Position numbers and translations under genes: made by a program | Origin: Chamberlinius hualienensis | Taxonomy: Eukaryota | DNA: 64,000 bases | Assembly: GCA_054772095.1 (NCBI GenBank) | Contig: BAAGAE010000030.1 | Span: 215,335 to 279,334, forward strand | Reading direction: 5' to 3' | Shown here: piece by piece, positions 1-10,303 of the stretch | Layout of the letters: each line of letters starts with the position of its first letter | Numbering within the stretch: position 1 is the stretch's first letter | The notes under the pieces: model-generated | Database searches by the model: none | Told to the model about the DNA's origin: nothing | The model's input: the letters and a program-made list of their open reading frames with translations, nothing else

Positions 1-375
1 TTATCCCTAATAGCCTGCGATACTGAGCGAACTTTATAATAAAATTTAAATATGTTTAGGCGAAGTTTTTTTTACATGCTCTGTAGTCGCATTGCAAAAC
101 GTCTATTAATTTCTTAAAGCTATTTAGATGAATTTTGATCTTTCGGTTTATATCTAAAAGCCACTCGTGATTTATTAATATAACTTTAGAAAGCTTATTC
201 CGACTAACTAGTTTTAACATGCAACCTGTCTTTCAAAACATTCGTCAAAACAAAGCAAAAACATTTTTTTTTAATTTACATTATTTTTTTTAGTCGTCAC
301 AGAATGTCTTAATTTTTTTAAAAATAGTAAACTATCTTATGTTGACTGATGTATTTCTTACTGCTCGTTTTACAG

Positions 376-478
376 ATATATATATTTAATGGAAGGAAAA
401 CCATTATTTCCTTGTTTACTTGACAGCGATGGCCAAGTTATTTCATTGCCACCGATTACCAACAGTGGAATTACAAAA
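376..478 (+). CDS. B3/4-domain protein (PheRS-beta/LRRC47 family), internal exon; gene is 5'-partial with upstream exons outside the window
   Basis: Acceptor tttacag at 375. Encodes YIYLMEGKPLFPCLLDSDGQVISLPPITNSGITK, matching the FARSB B3/4 core [37 protein letters not shown]. Donor gtaaga at 479. Confidence 0.6.
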
Positions 479-545
479 GTAAGATTTTTAACATTTTAAA
501 TTTATATTAATATGAAATAATAATGGTTAAAATTCTTATCAACAG

Positions 546-803
546 ATAAGTAGTGAAACTAAAGATGTTTTAATTGAAGTGACTGGGTCCTCTAGTTTGA
601 GTTCAGTAAAGGAAGTTTTAGAAGCGTTTATTAAAGAGGTGCTTTCTTTAGATTTATATAAAGAGGAGCTAAATGATGGAGGGGTGTGCCGTCTGGTTTT
701 GCAACAAGTTAAAATTGTCGATAAAGAATTGAATTTGAAAGTACTCTACCCTTCACACCCTGATCTCGACTTTCATGATATTAAAATTGTTAGGGTCGAA
801 TAA
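546..803 (+). CDS. B3/4-domain protein, terminal exon (ISSETKDVLIEVTGSSS...KIVRVE*)
   Basis: Acceptor caacag at 545, in frame with the previous exon, which ends in phase 0. Continues the B3/4-domain alignment ([20 protein letters not shown] ~ VLIEVTGSSSLSSVKEVLEAF). TAA stop at 801-803. Confidence 0.55.
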   Translation: MSSETKDVLIEVTGSSSLSSVKEVLEAFIKEVLSLDLYKEELNDGGVCRLVLQQVKIVDKELNLKVLYPSHPDLDFHDIKIVRVE

Positions 804-3800
804 AGGGTGTATCCCGTCATGGTTACCACTTTTCTATCGTTACTAACGGTATGTGCAAAATGATCGGTGAATTGTTTTAAAATTTAAATAAAACTTTTTT
901 GGCTGTACGCCTCACTGATAACTGATGTAAGTAATTTATTCTAAGCTGTTTGAAACATCTTATCTATTTTTATTTAAATAAAATAGATTTTTATTATAAC
1001 TTTGAATGCGAAACAATAACAAAGAGCAATTATTTAATTAGCAATTTAATGACTGGTGATCAATACTTCATGTCGGTACATCAATTTGCATCTATTGGCA
1101 AAACTATTCGAGTTTAAGTAGATAAACTCAAATACCTTCTAACATTTTTAAGGCGACTCCGGATTTATGATGAACTCCGTACTGTATACAGTTTAATAGG
1201 CGTTCAGAAATTCAAAGTGGGAATCGCGTAAAATGTTTTGAGAGGACTTTGTCTTAATCTTTATTTAAGTATGGTATTTCCTACCGAATATTTAATGTAG
1301 GGTAAATAGACCAAAATGAATTTACGGTTTAATGGTTACGTAACGTTAGCACCATATTTCGTGTGCTGTTTTGGTTAAGAAGGTGGACGAATTTTATTGT
1401 TTAAATTCATTTTTAAGTGTATTGTTGAATAAAGCCAGTGAAAATAAATTCGAATAAAAATCAAAAAGAAAATGCTTATTAAATTTCTTACCTAGTAGCG
1501 ATGAAGCTACAGGAAACATTTCTAACCCCGATTTTGCAATACGGTTAATTATGATACTGGAAACTTAATATCTTCTAAAATTTATAATGCTACAGTTTTA
1601 TGATTTTCTACCTTTTTAGTTTACTTACATTGTTGTTACCAATTTATTTGACATTTCGGATAAGTTAATATCGTATACATTCCAAGTTTTCTATAATTAC
1701 ATTTTTTTTTTAATTTATGACAAATACTTTGCAGTATCTTAGTTACAGTATAGTACTAAACCGTGAGTAAAACAATTGAAATTTTGTTTTTTAAACATCA
1801 AACGTGAGTCAATTGTGTATATGCTCCAATGATTAAAGTGTCGACCAACTTGAATTACTGGTAAACTGAAAATATTCATGTAAGCAGGTACTGTATGTTA
1901 AGTACAATAAATTGAATGCAATTCTGTCGGCATTTCACTAGATACTGTATGCACATGTAAACTTTAATCACTTGTATTTCCGGATACTTTTTTTTATCTG
2001 CATTTAATTTTATTGTAAGACCGCTCGATCTGTTTAAAAGAGCTGCGATATGCTCCGTTTACAAACGTCAATTGTGTAAACATTGAACTTTAATTATGGC
2101 ATTAATATAATTTTTAATTTGCTAGTTATAATTGACCACTTTTATTGTAACGTTAACTTAAAATGTCGAACGATGATAATTGCCATGTGTCAGATAAAAT
2201 TGACTAAATTCTATTTTGGCCTAATCATAGTTTTATACAGTATGTATATGTATATCTTTTCTAAGCTATCAGCTTTCATTCTAAGAAACGTTAACTGGAT
2301 TAAGCTGGTTAATAGATGATAAAGTTGTCAGTTGCTGCAGTAAACTATTGACCAATTAATGATATCGTAGGATTGCAAAATCACGTGTTGCAACTTTGTA
2401 TGCAAGACCACAATTTTATGGGAAAATATTTTTCGTAAAGGCTAATTATGTTTAATAAGCTGTATTTCTAAAATATTTGCTGTGGTGTTGAAAGCCCAAT
2501 TCTTAATTCGTCTTGAAACCTTTTTAAATTATTGCTAAAAAGTTTTTTATTACTAACTACTGTATCTAATCAGCAGCCATCATTTATCGCTTTAAGAGTT
2601 GAAACATTGAGCAATTTTTGAAGGTTATATCTATTCAGTTTTAAAAATTAAACTTCAAAAAAACTGTTACATTTAACTAGAATTCATTTATAAATTCTTT
2701 CATTACAGACGCCCTTGAAACTTCATTTAAGACTAAACTGCATACTGCATTTAATGTTCTATACTAAATATTGAGTTGTGCAAAAGTCCGTTTGGTCTCA
2801 ACATGCTCAATATTATGTCCCATGTAAAACTGGCCTGTCCTAAACCCCAGTGAATGATGCTAGTGATACAGCATGTACAGTAGTACAAAAAGTTGAAAGT
2901 TCATATTGTTAATATTACAATAAATACGACATGCTGTGTCACGACTTTTCAAGAGTTTTTTTTTTTATTCAATCGACTTAAAGGTTTCTGTAATACTTCA
3001 TTATGCAAGGTCTCGATCATCTTTAGTGAAGTGCTTAACCATATTGTCGATTTATTATTTACGATTGAGTACAGGTATAATTAGCTGTAAACGAAAATGA
3101 TCATTCACCGAAGTGTGTGCATTATCTTAGATCGAGTAATTAATTATATCGTATATGAAGGCTATATGGAGTTTTCTTTTCTAGTTCTTTAAATTGATTA
3201 CTGTTTTATAAGTGTCTAATGATGCTATGAAACGATTAAATGACAGTACAATTAAGCACGAATCTAAAATTTAAACAATGTAGTAAAAACCATCGAGCTC
3301 AGCCATTTGAGTGTCGATTGAAAATGTTACTATAATTAATTAGTGGTCGATTTCTTCAGTATTACGCTATAAATGTATAAACTGTGTTTGAAGCAATCGT
3401 AATGCTATTGAAATTTGATCATATGGTTTCTTCGGTTTTTTCAAAATCTATAAGTTAAATTGCATCATCATTACGTACAGCAGTTACATATTTTAGGGAA
3501 ATGAAAGTAATTTAAGAAACTCATCAAAATATTAATTTTTAATTTTATTTCTATTTACGATATGCAGTTCGTCGACTTTTAATAGACTCTTTTTATTTTC
3601 ATACAAATTTATTTATTTCTGTTAAACGTTGCTGGCTTTCTAATTGACAACGTTTAAATATAGAATCATAATAGAAAATTAATTGCAGTTGAGATTTTCT
3701 TTACAAGTGGAGCATTTCTTATCGCTTCTATTTTGGGCGCCTTCTATCAATAAAATCCTTGGCGCCTGGATCATCTAAGGCCACAGGCTAAAGTTGATGA

Positions 3801-4035
3801 TATTTTAATTAATTTGAAACTCCCACTAAGCCGGTTAAAACTGGTATAGCTAATTTTTTTTTCATCAGAGTTGATCAGCGCAGCCGATAACTAGTGCGAA
3901 TTTTAAGAAATTCTGACTCGTTTCGATTAAGAAATGTTGGAATTGGACAATTGAAGTCACGCGGTTAATGCAATCGTCATCATCACCAGCGGGCTCCAAG
4001 GAAGGAAGAATGTCAAAGGTCATCTTGAATACAGC

Positions 4036-4043
4036 TATATAAA
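4036..4043 (+). promoter_or_regulatory. MIOX: TATA box (TATATAAA) about 120 bp upstream of the MIOX ATG
   Basis: Sequence cagcTATATAAAtcgcc. Its spacing to the predicted start of the 5'UTR and the ATG at 4156 is appropriate. Confidence 0.4.
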
Positions 4044-4155
4044 TCGCCTTCAGAGTCCACAGTTGCGCTTATATTCAAGCTTTTGTGGCAATTGTCGAAC
4101 ATATAAGAAGTACTTCTACCAATAAATTGCAAATTTAAAGTCGTTTTGGCGTAAA

Positions 4156-4158
4156 ATG
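4156..4158 (+). CDS. MIOX: myo-inositol oxygenase exon 1: start codon only, followed directly by a 61-bp intron
   Basis: aaaATG|gtaattttgg donor. The next exon starts in phase 0 (M|ASAEVVQIIDPSLLHRP), compared with human MKVTVGPDPSLVYRPD. No in-frame ATG exists in exon 2, whose upstream codon is TAG. Confidence 0.45.
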
Positions 4159-4219
4159 GTAATTTTGGTATATACTATAATTTTAAATTCTCCAACCATG
4201 GTTGAATTTGTCTATTTAG

Positions 4220-4363
4220 GCGTCTGCTGAAGTTGTGCAAATAATTGATCCATCGCTTCTCCATCGACCGGAGCTGGACTCGATGAGAGGTTTTTGCGTA
4301 ACAGATGAAGAATTTCAATCCAAAAAAGATAAATCCAAATTTAGAAACTACACCATTGACGTG
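4220..4363 (+). CDS. MIOX: MIOX exon 2 (ASAEVVQIIDPSLLHRPELDSMRGFCVTDEEFQSKKDKSKFRNYTIDV)
   Basis: Acceptor tctatttag at 4219. Homology to the MIOX N-terminus (FRNYT). The donor is weak (gttaga), so the 3' end is uncertain by about 3 nt. Confidence 0.7.
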
Positions 4364-4552
4364 GTTAGATCTAATTCTTTGTATATTCTTTATTAAAAAA
4401 TTTGATACACAATTTTTTTCCCCCTAAGTTAATTAATTTTTAAAAAAATTCCATCTTTAAAAAATAATTCAAAAATTATTAAGGGACAATCAAATGAATA
4501 AAACTATTTGCTGATCAGTTTTATAATTGAACATTTGTTGCATTTCAAACAG

Positions 4553-4633
4553 AATGATCGAATTCAAGAAAGAGTGCGATTAACTTATCTGCAAATGCAC
4601 ACCAATCAAACTGTCGATTTCGTCAGACAAAAG
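4553..4633 (+). CDS. MIOX: MIOX exon 3 (NDRIQERVRLTYLQMHTNQTVDFVRQK)
   Basis: Acceptor caaacag and donor gtactt. Matches human RVFTTYKLMHTHQTVDFVRSK. Confidence 0.85.
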
Positions 4634-4939
4634 GTACTTCCACTTTTTCTGTTTAACTATTGGATAAGGAGTCATTTATTTTAAAAGTTTGCTCCATTAA
4701 TGTTGTGAAATTTGATTAGTCTTTTATTATCTGGTGTAACCAGATTTTAAGTAGTCATGTGTAGTTGTGGGTGGGGTGATCGGTTAAATTATCCTCATTG
4801 ATGTCAATAGTTCCTCCACATGTCAGTTGTATCATTTTCAAGGCCACCCTTAATGGGGTTTATCGCACGCTTCCTAGTTTAGGGATGTTACATAATCTGC
4901 GATTAAACATGCTGATAACACTTTCTTGTGAATTTATAG

Positions 4940-5032
4940 AAAGACTATTGGACTCGTTTTGATAAGGCAGAGATGAATATAATGGATGCTCTTCACAAAT
5001 TAAATGTCTTGGTAGACGAAAGTGATCCTGAC
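4940..5032 (+). CDS. MIOX: MIOX exon 4 (KDYWTRFDKAEMNIMDALHKLNVLVDESDPD)
   Basis: Acceptor tttatag and donor gtaatt. Matches human MEAVDLLDGLVDESDPD. Confidence 0.85.
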
Positions 5033-5090
5033 GTAATTAATATAAATATTTCGCCAAAATTGCCGAAATTGATTTATTTTAATGTTGTAG

Positions 5091-5228
5091 GTTGATGTTC
5101 CGAATATATTCCATGCATTTCAAACGGCCGAACGTATACGCAAAGTTTATCCTTCTTTGGACTGGTTCCATTTAACTGGATTCATTCATGATTTGGGAAA
5201 AGTAATGGCATTAATAGGCGAAATGCAG
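5091..5228 (+). CDS. MIOX: MIOX exon 5 ([46 protein letters not shown])
   Basis: Matches human [44 protein letters not shown]. Acceptor ttgtag and donor gtattt. Confidence 0.9.
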
Positions 5229-5292
5229 GTATTTGATCGATTTTGATTACTTTGTTTTGTTTTGTTGATCATTTATTCAATGAATTAAACAG

Positions 5293-5402
5293 TGGGCTGT
5301 TGTGGGAGACACTTATCCACTTGGCTGTCAATTTGCTGATTCAATTGTTTATAGATGGACTAGTTTTGATGATAATTTAGATGTGCACTCGCCAATTTAT
5401 AG
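5293..5402 (+). CDS. MIOX: MIOX exon 6 ([36 protein letters not shown])
   Basis: Matches human WAVVGDTFPVGCRPQASVVFCDSTFQDNPDLQDPRY. Donor gtaaca, phase 2. Confidence 0.85.
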
Positions 5403-5465
5403 GTAACATTTTTAAAATTTATTAATTATTTAGCATTCCAGTTAATATTTAACTTGTGTGTATAG

Positions 5466-5699
5466 CACTAAATTTGGAATGTACTCTCCAAATTGCGGTC
5501 TCGATAACGTCTTAATGTCCTGGGGCCACGATGAATATTTATACCAAGTTTTAAAAAATCACCCGACATGTTCCTTGCCACAGGAGGCTCGCTATATTAT
5601 AAGGTACCACTCTTTCTACCCATGGCACACCGGTGGAGATTACATGCATTTGTGTAATAATGTTGATAAAGAGATGCTATATTGGGTCAATGAATTTAA
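5466..5699 (+). CDS. MIOX: MIOX exon 7 (STKFGMYSPNCGLDNVLMSWGHDEYLYQVLKNH...FYPWHTGGDYMHLC...WVNEFN)
   Basis: Strong identity to the MIOX core (SWGHDEY, HSFYPWH). Donor aa|gtaagt. Confidence 0.9.
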
Positions 5700-5763
5700 G
5701 TAAGTATTAATCATTATTTTATTAACAATAAAGCAGAAATCTATAAAATTCTTAATTGTTTAG

Positions 5764-5872
5764 CCAATTTGATTTGTACACTAAATCTGATGCCACACCT
5801 GATATTGAAGCTTTAACGCCATATTATCAGTCTTTGATTGACAAGTACATTCCTGGAAAACTCAAGTGGTGA
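5764..5872 (+). CDS. MIOX: MIOX terminal exon (QFDLYTKSDATPDIEALTPYYQSLIDKYIPGKLKW*)
   Basis: Matches human KFDLYTKCPDLPDVDKLRPYYQGLIDKYCPGILSW. TGA stop at 5870-5872. Confidence 0.9.
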
Positions 5873-7504
5873 AATTAGCTTAAGTGGTCGAAGTTAATCT
5901 TTGTTATTAAATACCATAAAATATCGATCTAGTAGCAGTTAATTCTGCTAGTTTTTATCTGTGAAGAATGTAAATAATGTTCATGGTTAATCACTTTTAT
6001 GTCCTTTGATCGTATCGAATCTACATTAATTTTATACGATCGTTTTGTATATCTGACATTGTAATGAAATCGATTTGTTTGTTAGACTATTTCTATTGTT
6101 TATGAATATAATGATTTTAGGGACTTCAAGTAAGTTAATTGTATATATATTTTTTTTCAATTTTTTGATATATAATGTTTCGACTTCCTTAAACTTTTGA
6201 TAAATTATTGGAATAAATGTAAAAACAAATTTCATTTTTTAATGATCCATTACATCATTTTTCAAATAAGTACTCTACATTACACTGAGTTAATGATGGT
6301 GTTGTACGTCATTTAGTTTGAAGGGGGTGTGTCCAAAGTGTTTGTAAACATCGAGGGGTCGAATTCCAAGACAGGCTGACTTTCAAAATTAAACTTTAAA
6401 CTTCTATTCTGTTCGTATATATACTGTATTTAATTGAAGTATCGTAATCAAAGATGTAAAATCCAGCTGTTAAGAAAAAAGACGACGCAACTTGCCACTA
6501 CTGATGTTACTCGTACTGAAGTAAGTTATAAAAATAAATAATATCGGTTTAAATAACTTTCAAACGTTTATAAACTCTATAAATATTTTTAAATGTGTAC
6601 AAGAGCGACAAGTTAACAAATTTCGATATAATTACAATTTATTTCAATACTGTTCTTCATCAAGTACATACTAAAATATAAAGTTCCTAAAGTATTATGG
6701 AATCGGCGCGTTTTCATAGTGTCTACATGACTTTACAGCATTTACTGTAGTACAGTAGATTGATTGTATGATGTCATCGAATTTATTATTAATGTACCAT
6801 CAGTAGTTTTAAATTCTTTAAATTGACTCAAGTTAGCCGGCGTAGTTTGTACGACATTAAAATTCACTAAGTTAAACAATGAATCGAATGTATACACTAC
6901 AGGTTAATTTGCACTCCAAATACAAACGTCTACAACTAAAATTCACCTTTTCGTCAATGAAATTCACCCTTTTGCAAATTTACAGATCAAACCAAGGACA
7001 ATATAATTTATAGATTATGTTTAGTGACTTTGGATAAAACACTTGAGTGAAGTCAAGCCATATGCAGCTAAGCAAGAAGTATATTATAGGAGTTCATTTA
7101 ACGTGAGCTCATGTGTGAGACTAGTTACCTCGCTTCGCCTGACTTTCCCCAACGCCTTCCAAGTTCCAGCATAACATAGCATTACTTTTTTTTAGCTGTT
7201 TATGTGTAAAAGTCAAAGGACACAAGACGAGAAAGTGCGGGTGTGGCAGACACGGCCTCCACTTTCCAAAGCTTCACAGGTTCACTTGGTCCTCCATACT
7301 TCCAACTTTACCTCATATGTAACTCACAAGAGTGTGGCGCCGCCATAATATTTTCTCACGGCCCATCGGTTGGTTATCGCTGAAGTAGACCCAACAAAAT
7401 GTGCAATATTACGAAAGCGTATAATAAAAAAGGAAACAGTCATACATGTCAGTGCATTTACAACTTATCATATTTAAAATTACTATATACATTTATATAG
7501 TTCA

Positions 7505-7636
7505 AAATTTTATGGAATTAATTTAAACTAAAATTCCTGTTTGAAATTTAATATATTTGAAGTTTACTACATGTACATTTTCTGGCAAAGCCAAGTAAGC
7601 CACCATTCTTTTTGCGATTGCAACAGCCACCAAGTC
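7505..7636 (-). CDS. Hypothetical 44-aa small ORF (MSVQSVGDLVAVAIAKRMVAYLALPENVHVVNFKYIKFQTGILV), divergent from C1QBP
   Basis: ATG in good context (aaataaaATGtc). It lies 108 bp from the C1QBP ATG on the opposite strand. No homolog recognised, so it may be non-coding. Confidence 0.15.
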
Positions 7637-7743
7637 ACCAACGGATTGAACGGACATTTTATTTTGATCGACGAAATACTTAACCAAGCAAACTTTTGCT
7701 GTAAAATTTATACTGTATTCTGAAAATATTTTATAGTTAAAAG

Positions 7744-7972
7744 ATGGCTTTTCTTGGAAGACAAATGTGTGCAAGTGCACGTTGTGTGATGGTAGCTGCG
7801 AGACGAACATTCTTGACCACATCCAAACCGGCCGTTACGAGCACGTGTTCGTTATTCGGAGTCTCATCCCGGAACACGCCAATTGCAGCCAGGTCTTACT
7901 ACCTTTTAAGCAAATATTGCAGCAAACCAGTATCATGTCCATGTGGTACATGTAATGGATTGCATACTAAAG
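7744..7972 (+). CDS. C1QBP: C1QBP/p32/MAM33 exon 1, including the mitochondrial presequence and the CPCGTCNGLHTKG motif
   Basis: MAFLGRQMCASARCV... R/S-rich presequence. CxCGxxxLHT(D/K)G matches human PCACGCGCGSLHTDGD. Donor gtataa, phase 1. Confidence 0.8.
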
Positions 7973-8041
7973 GTATAACTGATTATATACGATTCATGGT
8001 GGGTGAAGAAATTACTGATTAAATTCGTTGTCTTGACTTAG

Positions 8042-8189
8042 GAGACAAAGAGTTGGTTGAGTTTTTAACAGAAGAAATATCTGCTGAAACAAAGGCCCAA
8101 AAAAGTTCCAAACTCCCAAAAATTGAGGGATTTGATGTATCTACTGATAAAGCCACCATCAATTTAACACGCAAATTTAACAATGAAAA
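8042..8189 (+). CDS. C1QBP: C1QBP exon 2 (GDKELVEFLTEEISAETKAQKSSKLPKIEGFDVSTDKATINLTRKFNNE)
   Basis: Matches human GDKAFVDFLSDEIKEERKIQKHKTLPKMSGGWELELNGTEAKLVRKVAGEK. Confidence 0.85.
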
Positions 8190-8246
8190 GTAAATTAAAT
8201 AGTGCATTAAAACGAAACAATAATTACAAATCAAACTTTATTTTAG

Positions 8247-8343
8247 TGTTAAAGTAACTTTGAACGTTAACCATACAGTAGACGCTGATGTGGATGATGC
8301 TGATGTTAGCCCATCACAAGAAAAAGTTCCTGATGGTTCTGAA
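8247..8343 (+). CDS. C1QBP: C1QBP exon 3 (acidic region NVKVTLNVNHTVDADVDDADVSPSQEKVPDGSE)
   Basis: In frame, with acceptor tttag and donor gtaaat. Matches ITVTFNINNSIPPTFDGEEEPSQ. Confidence 0.8.
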
Positions 8344-8401
8344 GTAAATATCAAACAAATTAAGTTATATACATAGTTATCTTACTTTTCAATATGTTTA
8401 G

Positions 8402-8525
8402 ATGAAATCAAAACCAAACTTCACAGTTTCTGTTGAAAAGGAAGGAAAATTCTTAGAATTTGGTTGTAGTATAATTCAACAAGGTTTTGAACCTGAAGAA
8501 GCAAATCCTGAAAGTGAAGCTTATG
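8402..8525 (+). CDS. C1QBP: C1QBP exon 4 (MKSKPNFTVSVEKEGKFLEFGCSIIQQGFEPEEANPESEAY)
   Basis: Matches human STPNFVVEVIKNDDGKKALVLDCHYPEDEVGQEDEAESD. Confidence 0.8.
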
Positions 8526-8590
8526 GTAGACAAATTATGAAACAAGAAAATGTGCATTGATTGCTTAAAACTTCAATTTACCTCTTTTAG

Positions 8591-8679
8591 ACGATGTTTT
8601 TAATATTGACGAAGTTGCTATTTACGATAAAGATCGAACAGACCAAGTGTATGCTGTTTCAGGAGAAATTATGGATGGG
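8591..8679 (+). CDS. C1QBP: C1QBP exon 5 (DDVFNIDEVAIYDKDRTDQVYAVSGEIMDG)
   Basis: Matches human IFSIREVSFQSTGESEWKDTNYTLNTDSLDW. Confidence 0.8.
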
Positions 8680-8739
8680 GTAAATGAACTTGACAAGTTT
8701 ATTTTAAAAATGGTGTATTTCAATTTCTATACATTTTAG

Positions 8740-8889
8740 TATTTGTACGATCTGCTGATGAACTATTTGGAGGAAAGAGGAATTTCAAACCAATTTGCTG
8801 AAAAACTAATCGAATATGCTACAGCTTATGAACATAAACAATATATCAGTTTGCTGGAAAATGTTAAGTCGTTTTTGACTTCAAATTAA
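8740..8889 (+). CDS. C1QBP: C1QBP terminal exon (YLYDLLMNYLEERGISNQFAEKLIEYATAYEHKQYISLLENVKSFLTSN*)
   Basis: Matches human ALYDHLMDFLADRGVDNTFADELVELSTALEHQEYITFLEDLKSFVKSQ. TAA stop at 8887-8889. Confidence 0.9.
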   Translation, partial: YLYDLLMNYLEERGISNQFAEKLIEYATAYEHKQYISLLENVKSFLTSN

Positions 8890-9153
8890 GATTGTAGTTC
8901 ATTCATTGTAAAGCTTAGTTAATCAGTCTAACGTTAATGTATCAATTGCCCGTAGTTCGTCGATCAAATTCGATGCAGTCGTTTACTTTATGTTCACATT
9001 ACTGAATACCTAATAAAACATTTGTGTTTTTGTAACAAAGTTTAAAAATTTATTTACCGTACACTACGATAATTACAAAAAAAAAGTTTTGTGTAACAAT
9101 TACTGTACACATAAAACTGAATGGCAGTTTTGAGGTAATAGTTTTTTTAATAA

Positions 9154-9249
9154 TTATTTGGTTGTTGTTCGGGGCACTTTTTCTTTATCTGTGCCTAAAA
9201 CGTCCCTATGAACTTCATCAAAGTCAATTTTTTGTTTCTTGACAGCATC
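9154..9249 (-). CDS. TRIAP1: TRIAP1 exon 2 (DAVKKQKIDFDEVHRDVLGTDKEKVPRTTTK*)
   Basis: Acceptor ttacattag, phase 0. Matches human [26 protein letters not shown]. TAA stop at 9154-9156 (minus). Confidence 0.7.
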   Translation of the reverse strand, partial: DAVKKQKIDFDEVHRDVLGTDKEKVPRTTTK

Positions 9250-9318
9250 CTAATGTAAATGTACAAATTACTATAATCGTTTAAAAGAAGCAATAAAAAT
9301 TGAATGCAAATACAGTAC

Positions 9319-9462
9319 CTTGACACAATCCTGGTAGATTTGAAATAGTGGGGCGCACGTGTCTGTAGTGTGTCCCTTTAAAAACTTCTCACTGAACCAC
9401 GAATTGAAGCAATCGTCGTATATTTTCTTTAGTTCATTACAACTGGGATCTACACTATTCAT
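9319..9462 (-). CDS. TRIAP1: TRIAP1/Mdm35 (twin Cx9C protein) exon 1
   Basis: Minus-strand [48 protein letters not shown] matches human [30 protein letters not shown]...CTDLFKRYQQCVQK. Donor gtactg. Confidence 0.85.
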
Positions 9463-9964
9463 TTTAATGATATCAGTTGCTATAATAAATAGAGACTTAA
9501 TATACAATATGTATCTACATTAACTGCTACAACCACAATATTATGCTGTATTACATCAGAAACAACAGACTATTATCAGCCTCTATTTGGACGATGACTA
9601 GTTTAAGCCTATTGCATTTATTAACGTACAATACACGCGGCGGCTGAAACCCGGTAAGCAACGCGCATGCGCATTTACTAACAAATTGTTGACAATAATT
9701 ATTTCAGTGGGGGATTCAGTGACCGTACATCGAAAAAGTTCATAAATAGTTTTATAATTTATCTTGAAATTATTTAATTATTGTGGGATAACTCGGTGTG
9801 TTTATATTGATGATAATTAACGGTTTACAAGGTCACGCGTGAATGTGAACCTATCCCTCCCATTGAAGGGCCTCAGCGGCAAGGTTTTTGATCTTGGCGT
9901 CGTTTTGAAAGCATCGTTAGCGTAAATAACATTTGGTTTCTGTCACCTTCGTCATTTATCAGCG

Positions 9965-10303
9965 ATGGATTTCATTGGAAATCCTTTGAAAATCATCGCG
10001 GATGAGTTGCTAATGAGGCTGGTGACAGGCAACAAAGAGGGAGAAAAAGTTTTGGCTAAAAACATGTTGACAAGCGACCACGGCCGTGAGAAAGTGTTGG
10101 GACTTTACTTTGCATCCCCCGGTTGCCCTGAATGCAGCTCATTTACGGAGCTGCTAAAGTCATCTTTTGACAAAATTAAAAGAACACACGCGTTTGAAAT
10201 AATCTACGTTTGCGTAGATGACGATGAAGTAAAAGATGAAACCTGTGTTCAAAGTGAAATGCCACCCTGGTTAGTCCTGTCTTCGCCATCAGAAAAAATT
10301 AGA
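9965..10303 (+). CDS. NXN: Nucleoredoxin exon 1 (N-terminal thioredoxin-like domain)
   Basis: MDFIGNPLKIIADELLMRLVTGNKEGEKV...LGLYFASPGCPEC... matches human MSGFLEELLGEKLVTGGGEEVDV...LGLYFGCSLSAPC. Donor gtaagt. Confidence 0.85.

Noticed and set aside
3720-3800. ATCGCTTCT… start resembling the U2 snRNA 5' end
   Set aside because: Similarity ends after 9 nt, with no branch-point-interaction or Sm-site sequences. More likely part of the MIOX upstream region, with TTTGGGCGCC/TTGGCGCC E2F-like motifs.
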